This document shows, in pieces, positions 59,085 through 64,000 of a stretch of DNA of 64,000 nt. The stretch's first letter is position 1. Each line of letters starts with the position of its first letter. The notes beneath the pieces were generated by a model. That model worked only from the letters and a program-made list of their open reading frames with translations, searched no databases and was not told the DNA's origin. Origin of the DNA: Nitrosopumilus sp. (lineage in GTDB: Archaea; Thermoproteota; Nitrososphaeria; Nitrososphaerales; Nitrosopumilaceae); NCBI GenBank assembly GCA_965238275.1, contig OZ250186.1, positions 352,001-416,000 of the forward strand, read 5' to 3'. Made by a program: the position numbers and the translations under genes.

Positions 59085-60488
59085 CTATTCTGGAGGCATT
59101 CCTGCCTGGCGCATTATCAGGCTGCCATGTCCGGGACGCCCGATCACCTCAAAGTCTTCGGTGACTGTCTCCCCGCGCACGATCGTCTTGACAGGCCATC
59201 CCCTGAGGGCCATTCCCTCGTACACTGCATAGTCTGAGAACCCCCCGAACAGATCCGAGGTCACCTTCTTCTCCATCTTCAAGTCGATCATGGCAATGTC
59301 TGCATCCGATCCCTTCCGGATTATCCCCTTGCGCGGATACATGTTGAATATGCGGGATGCGTTGTAGCTTGTAACCCTTGCAAACTGCTCCAGCGTGATC
59401 CTGTTCCGGTTGACGCCGTCGTTGAGCAGTATGGGGATAATAGTCCCAATGCCGGGGAATCCTGCCAGGGCCCCCCACACGTCATCGCCTCCCAGCTTGA
59501 GCCCGAGCCTGTTGGCGACATGATCGGTCCCCACCGTGTCAACAAGATTCCCGGACAGCGCGCCCCAGACTGCCCTCTGGTCCTCCAGCGTTCTGATCGG
59601 TGGCATGACCTTGGCAAGGTATCCATTCTGGGTCTCGTATGAGAGGGTCAGGTAGTGCGGGCATGTCTCTACAAATATCATGGTGCCAAGCCGCCGCTCC
59701 TCCTGAATCTGTGCAAGCGCCACGGCCGAACCCACATGGACAAAGTAGATGACGCACCCGTGCCTCCGCCCAAACTCCGAGACTGTCCGTATCGCCTTTG
59801 CCTCAGACTCGGGGGATCTGCTGTGGGACCATGCCGACAGCCCGTCCTGTTTCTTCTCCTGTGCAGTCCTGATTCCACACCCGCACGACTCATAGTCCTC
59901 GGCATGAACCAGTACGGGGCAGCCAAGGGATGCGGCAGTCATCACAGTCTTTTCCACTATCTCATCAGTAACCTCCACCTGTGCTGCCACAAGCCCGGAG
60001 GAGCCGGGCGGCATGTCCATGTAGACATGGCCCACCTCGCCGCCCAGATTCATGTAAATTTTAAACGACGTGATTCCCTTCTCAACGCAGAATCCCATCT
60101 GGCTGATCTGTGCGTCGTTGAAGACAGAGGCATGGAGGGCATAATCGATGTGGTGGTTTTTGGCAGAGGCGTCAAGCTGGGCCGGAAGGGTGTCGCGGAA
60201 CGGGCCGCCCAGCCTCAGCATCCTCATCATGGTGGTTATTCCTCCGATCGCCGCAGCATGCGACTCGGTTTGGGCAGCCTGGTCAATCGGGGAGTAGACG
60301 CCGTAGTGCACATGCGTGTCTATCGGGCCCGGAACAGAGACCAGTCCGCGGCCGTTGATCTTGTGATCGCACGAGGGCACATCACTTGAAATTCCGACTA
60401 TCCGTCCCCCGTCAATTATGATGTTCTTGTCGACCATGCCGTTTGGCAGTATGACATGCGAGTCGACGATCACAGCATCATATGTCAT
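59085..60488 (-). CDS. Cyclic amidohydrolase (dihydroorotase/hydantoinase family)
   Basis: DTHVH, SFK, VHAE, ETCPHYL, PPIR, GTDH, GSDAD. Confidence 0.88.
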   Translation of the reverse strand: MTYDAVIVDSHVILPNGMVDKNIIIDGGRIVGISSDVPSCDHKINGRGLVSVPGPIDTHVHYGVYSPIDQAAQTESHAAAIGGITTMMRMLRLGGPFRDTLPAQLDASAKNHHIDYALHASVFNDAQISQMGFCVEKGITSFKIYMNLGGEVGHVYMDMPPGSSGLVAAQVEVTDEIVEKTVMTAASLGCPVLVHAEDYESCGCGIRTAQEKKQDGLSAWSHSRSPESEAKAIRTVSEFGRRHGCVIYFVHVGSAVALAQIQEERRLGTMIFVETCPHYLTLSYETQNGYLAKVMPPIRTLEDQRAVWGALSGNLVDTVGTDHVANRLGLKLGGDDVWGALAGFPGIGTIIPILLNDGVNRNRITLEQFARVTSYNASRIFNMYPRKGIIRKGSDADIAMIDLKMEKKVTSDLFGGFSDYAVYEGMALRGWPVKTIVRGETVTEDFEVIGRPGHGSLIMRQAGMPPE

Positions 60489-60605
60489 CGGAGATTCATG
60501 CTGGCTGCATGCTATTATGCGTTAAGAGGGATTAATGACATGCCTCCCGGAACGGCCCGGCCTGCCAAGAAAATGATTAAAAACGCAATCCTGTGAGACT
60601 AACGG

Positions 60606-60677
60606 GGGCCGGTGGTTTAGGGGCATAATGCCTCGTTCGCAACGAGGATGTCGGGGGTTCGATTCCCCCCCGGTCCA
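60606..60677 (+). tRNA. tRNA-Ala(CGC)
   Basis: Acceptor GGGCCGG/CCGGTCC with G3:U70, anticodon arm CCTCG-TTCGCAA-CGAGG. Confidence 0.94.
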
Positions 60678-60847
60678 CCTTAGTCTCATACAGGGTTGTG
60701 GCCAGGCATTGGATTGGACGGAGTGTGTGTGCGTGTGGCGGCCGAAGGGCAGTCTTGGTCTCAAGGATTCCTCCATCGGAGCTGGCTGGCTGGCTGGCTG
60801 GCTGGCACCGGGAAACCATTATACGTAAACAGGAAACACCAAACAAC

Positions 60848-61204
60848 ATGGAGACGTTTGACGGTAAAAAGGCAGCACAGGACTACATGTCAAAGCACAC
60901 CCTGGCGTTTTCAACCCCGGAGCTGACGCTGATGAGGTTCGCGTTCTGGCTGGGAGAATCCGTTCCGGATCCTGACAACGCCGGAAAGGGAATACCAAGG
61001 ATGATGACATTCCTGATCGAGCAGGACTTTGAGCCGGTGCTTATTGACGATGACAAGTACGAGCCTACAGGAGCCGTCCGAAGCGCGGCTGTTTACGGCA
61101 ACGCCTACAAGGAAGAGAAGGGCGACGGAAGATTCTGCTCGGAATGCGGTGCAGGCATCTCGGCTACGGCAAAGTTCTGTCCCGAGTGCGGAACAACACA
61201 GTAA
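60848..61204 (+). CDS. Zinc-ribbon domain protein
   Basis: C-terminal CSECG...FCPECG. Confidence 0.8.
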   Translation: METFDGKKAAQDYMSKHTLAFSTPELTLMRFAFWLGESVPDPDNAGKGIPRMMTFLIEQDFEPVLIDDDKYEPTGAVRSAAVYGNAYKEEKGDGRFCSECGAGISATAKFCPECGTTQ

Positions 61205-61291
61205 TTGACTCTGGCACTAAACCTGCCACGGATAAAATAACGAAGATTGTTTTCTATCCGCGTCACAGTAATTGGCTCTGGCACTAAACCT
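61197..61291. repeat. 28-bp direct repeat pair around a 39-bp imperfect palindrome
   Basis: CACAGTAATTG(A/G)CTCTGGCACTAAACCT at 61197-61224 and 61264-61291. Confidence 0.85.
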
Positions 61292-61820
61292 TGGTGCCGC
61301 ATTTTGTACAGAATTTTGCCCCTGCCCTAAGGTCTGCACCGCATGAGGTGCAGTTGTTGGAGCCGGCACTTGCAGGCTGCTGTTGCCTTGGCATCAGTGC
61401 AGGATCCGGCGAAGGCAGGGTTCCGACATCGCCAAACGATTCGGCTGCAGAGACTATTCCGGGCGGACCTCCGACGGGGTTCTGTGCCGTGCCTGCCCTT
61501 GGAGGCACCCCTCCCATTCCGCCTGCCATCATCCCCGGATTGCCCATTCCGGGCATAAGGCCTGGGGATTGCGTGGTGCCGGTCTTGGACCCCATGGACT
61601 TTCTCATCTCAAACATCACCTTGATTGCCAAAAATTCCAGTGCAGAATACGCAACTACGTAATCGCCGAGTTTTTGGAAGAACTCCTTGTCAGACAGCTG
61701 ACCCTTCTTGTACATGTTGTTGGTATCCAGAAATGATTCGTAGTACCCCTGTGACTCGTCAAACAGGCTGTCCAGCTTGTCAAAGAGCATGTTCAGGGTG
61801 TCTACTTCTCCAAATGACAT
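61284..61820 (-). CDS. Zinc-ribbon domain protein with a Gly/Pro/Met-rich linker
   Basis: Helical N-terminus, C-terminal CTSCG...FCTKCG. Confidence 0.8.
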   Translation of the reverse strand: MSFGEVDTLNMLFDKLDSLFDESQGYYESFLDTNNMYKKGQLSDKEFFQKLGDYVVAYSALEFLAIKVMFEMRKSMGSKTGTTQSPGLMPGMGNPGMMAGGMGGVPPRAGTAQNPVGGPPGIVSAAESFGDVGTLPSPDPALMPRQQQPASAGSNNCTSCGADLRAGAKFCTKCGTKV

Positions 61821-62026
61821 GTACAAAGACAGTATTCGTGTTATTAATTACTTTAGAATCACCGCCGGTACATGCCCGGGTTTTTCCCAAAACCGGACAC
61901 GGTTATGGTTTGTGCCGGAATGGATCCTTGACACTGACTGCCGTCATTATGACATGACAGTCAAGGAATAGGCCGGGTGTGGCAGAAAGATCACTAGCCA
62001 AAAAATAGAAAAGATGTGCGTGTAGA

Positions 62027-62353
62027 TTATGCAAGTGCACGGTTGATCATGTTCTGGTATGATTCCTTGGAGGCTGCACCGACCTGCTGGCTGACTACCT
62101 CTCCCTTGTTGAAGAGTATCAGTGTCGGAATGCTAAAGACGTTGTATTTTGAAGCCAGTTCCCCGGCCTCGTCGACGTTAACCTTGACAAACTTTACTTT
62201 GCCTTCGTACTCGCCTGCGAGATCTTCGACTACGGGACTGACCATTCTGCATGGACCACACCATTCAGCCCAAAAGTCCACAAATACAGGTACGGAGGAA
62301 TTCATCACGTCAACCTCCCAGGATCGTGCATCTGAAACTTGAGTAACACCCAT
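62027..62353 (-). CDS. trxA: Thioredoxin
   Basis: WCGPC. True start is ATG 62353; the longer ORF-track extension overlaps a + strand gene. Confidence 0.92.
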   Translation of the reverse strand: MGVTQVSDARSWEVDVMNSSVPVFVDFWAEWCGPCRMVSPVVEDLAGEYEGKVKFVKVNVDEAGELASKYNVFSIPTLILFNKGEVVSQQVGAASKESYQNMINRALA

Positions 62354-62729
62354 GTAGGGTAACGTAAACTGCATACCTAAAAATGTTAACCAGAATTTAA
62401 CATCTGATAGTGTCAACATAATATTAGAAAGAGCTACCATCACATCGCCACCCAGCCGCGTTCTGCCGGCAGAACCAAATGCCGAGGTTGCCCCACATAC
62501 AGCAGGTATCGGTTCATATGGCCAAACCGCCATTGGCGGTATGACATACGTCTGATGAACCGGCCCGGCCGCAGATATCATGATGCATGGATAGCCGGGT
62601 TTGTTGTGTAATGCAGGGAAGGCAGGCCCTGAAGCGCAGGCTGCTTGGATCCAGGTGCAATCCCAGGGATTGTGTTCAGAGCCCAAAGTTTTCCATATAC
62701 TTAAATGATGTATTGTGAAATGTTCAGAC

Positions 62730-63608
62730 ATGAGTTCGGAGTTGAGATCAAAGAAGCTTAGAGGTTCCGGAGGATATGTGGTGGCAAGCGTCACAGACGA
62801 GCAGCAGGTAAAGGGAAACCTAGGCGGACCTGACCTGTTTCTGGCTCCAATTGGCAGATTGGATGATGAAAAAATTTCCAAGTATTTCTGCAATACATGC
62901 GACAAGGATTTTGAAGGCCCCCCAAAAATTGAATTTGAAAATCCCAACGAAGAGGTTGCAGAGAATTTGATTCTTGTAGAAAAGGGACAGTACATCTGCA
63001 GTACATGCAATATGACGATTGCAGAGTACAGGGACTTTAGAAAACCTGACGAGACCCAGGATATAGGAAGTGCAAAGCCAATAGAACCCCAAGCGACTCA
63101 GCCAGAACCAGCAGCAGCAGCAGCACAGCCAGAACCAGCAGCACAGCCAGAACCAGCAGCACAGCCAGAACCAGCAGCACAGCCAGAACCAGCAGCACAG
63201 CCAGAACCAGCAGCACAGCCAGAACCAGCAGCACAGCCAGAACCAGCAGCACAGCCAGGGGTTCAACCGGAGCCAGCAGCAGCAGCACAGCCAGAACCGG
63301 CAGCAACAACTCAGTCCAGTTCATCGTCCATAGAGACCATCGAGGAAAGGTCGGTATATGATGAGAACGCAAACAAGGTAGGCGTGGTAAGACGTATCGG
63401 TATTGATTCGACACAGTCAATGATTCTGGTTGTTACAAAAAACGACGGCACAGACATACATGTTCCATGGAGTAGTGTCAAAAAAATTGGCGAGATAATT
63501 CTTCTAGGAGAGTCACAGCCGGATGCGCCATCTGGAAAATGCGCAGGTTGCGGATTTGTAAACAAGGACGGGGCCAAGTTCTGCGAAGAGTGCGGGGCCA
63601 AAATTTAA
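62730..63608 (+). CDS. Zinc-finger / PRC-barrel / zinc-ribbon protein with an AAQPEP repeat linker
   Basis: CNTC...CSTC, (AAQPEP)x7, PRC-barrel-like VYDEN..KVGVV...VPWSSVKKIGEIIL, C-terminal CAGC...CEECG. Confidence 0.8.
   Translation: MSSELRSKKLRGSGGYVVASVTDEQQVKGNLGGPDLFLAPIGRLDDEKISKYFCNTCDKDFEGPPKIEFENPNEEVAENLILVEKGQYICSTCNMTIAEYRDFRKPDETQDIGSAKPIEPQATQPEPAAAAAQPEPAAQPEPAAQPEPAAQPEPAAQPEPAAQPEPAAQPEPAAQPGVQPEPAAAAQPEPAATTQSSSSSIETIEERSVYDENANKVGVVRRIGIDSTQSMILVVTKNDGTDIHVPWSSVKKIGEIILLGESQPDAPSGKCAGCGFVNKDGAKFCEECGAKI
63120..63255 (+). repeat. 18-bp coding tandem repeat (AAQPEP)
   Basis: GCAGCACAGCCAGAACCA x7. Confidence 0.9.
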
Positions 63609-63697
63609 CAGGAAATTACATCCAAAAATAACGCCCGTGTTTGGAGAGGAATCATAGTTCCCTAACAAATTTAATCAGCAACATCAACAAGCAGGCA

Positions 63698-64000
63698 ATG
63701 GGGTTTTTCTCAAGGTCTGCTAAAAGGGAGGTAGGCAAGAGCGTAGCTATCGTAGTAGTCGGAATTGTAATCATCTGGATCGTACTCCTGATAGGCTTTG
63801 GAACGATGAACCCATTCTATGTTGTTGCAAGCGGGAGCATGAGGCCGGCCCTGGAGGTATACGACGTGCTGGTGGTGCAGGGAAACATACCGTTTGAGGA
63901 TGTGCGGCCGGGCGACATCATTGTGTTTGACCGGCCCTCGGATCACGACAGGGTAATAGTCCACAGGGTGGTCTCCATCATGGACGACGATCCCAAGACC
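63698..64000 (+). CDS. Signal peptidase I (Sec11-type), partial at the right edge
   Basis: TM helix, then VVASGSMRP, GDIIVF, IVHRV. Confidence 0.9.
   Translation, partial: MGFFSRSAKREVGKSVAIVVVGIVIIWIVLLIGFGTMNPFYVVASGSMRPALEVYDVLVVQGNIPFEDVRPGDIIVFDRPSDHDRVIVHRVVSIMDDDPKT

Noticed and set aside
61197-61291. Possible mini-CRISPR (28-bp repeat, 39-bp spacer)
   Set aside because: Only two repeats, both overlapping coding ends of flanking genes; no leader or cas genes. Better explained as a junction duplication.
62354-63010. Long N-terminal extension of thioredoxin (327-aa ORF)
   Set aside because: Overlaps a convincing + strand gene; thioredoxin homology starts at ATG 62353.

Overview
Chromosomal segment of an ammonia-oxidising archaeon (Nitrosopumilaceae/Thaumarchaeota). 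The assignment rests on archaeal core genes (MCM, GINS, Hel308, RFC-S, aIF6, aIF5B, rpl7ae/rpl24e/rps28e/rpl37e, archease) and on PEFG-CTERM and CFI-box-CTERM-like proteins. The heavy IS load and many microsatellites suggest a host-associated lineage (inference). Bases 1-20.5 kb form a defence/accessory island at the 3' end of tRNA-Ala(GGC). It holds (i) two tandem paralogous genes, each an array of 4 or 7 Myb/SANT-like HTH repeats with hypervariable recognition helices fused to an HNH nuclease; (ii) a four-gene type III CBASS operon (CdnC-like cyclase, HORMA, TRIP13/Pch2, nuclease-SAVED effector) whose cyclase is cleanly split by an IS5-family element; (iii) a MORC-type GHKL ATPase fused to an AbiEi-like antitoxin domain and paired with an AbiEii-like nucleotidyltransferase; (iv) a RelBE-like pair; and (v) five IS elements plus remnants. 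Bases 20.7-64 kb are mostly core genes, with two more IS elements, three more tRNAs, a candidate structured ncRNA upstream of rpl7ae, and several local indel/duplication lesions that may be assembly errors. All calls come from reading motifs by eye; no database searches were run.
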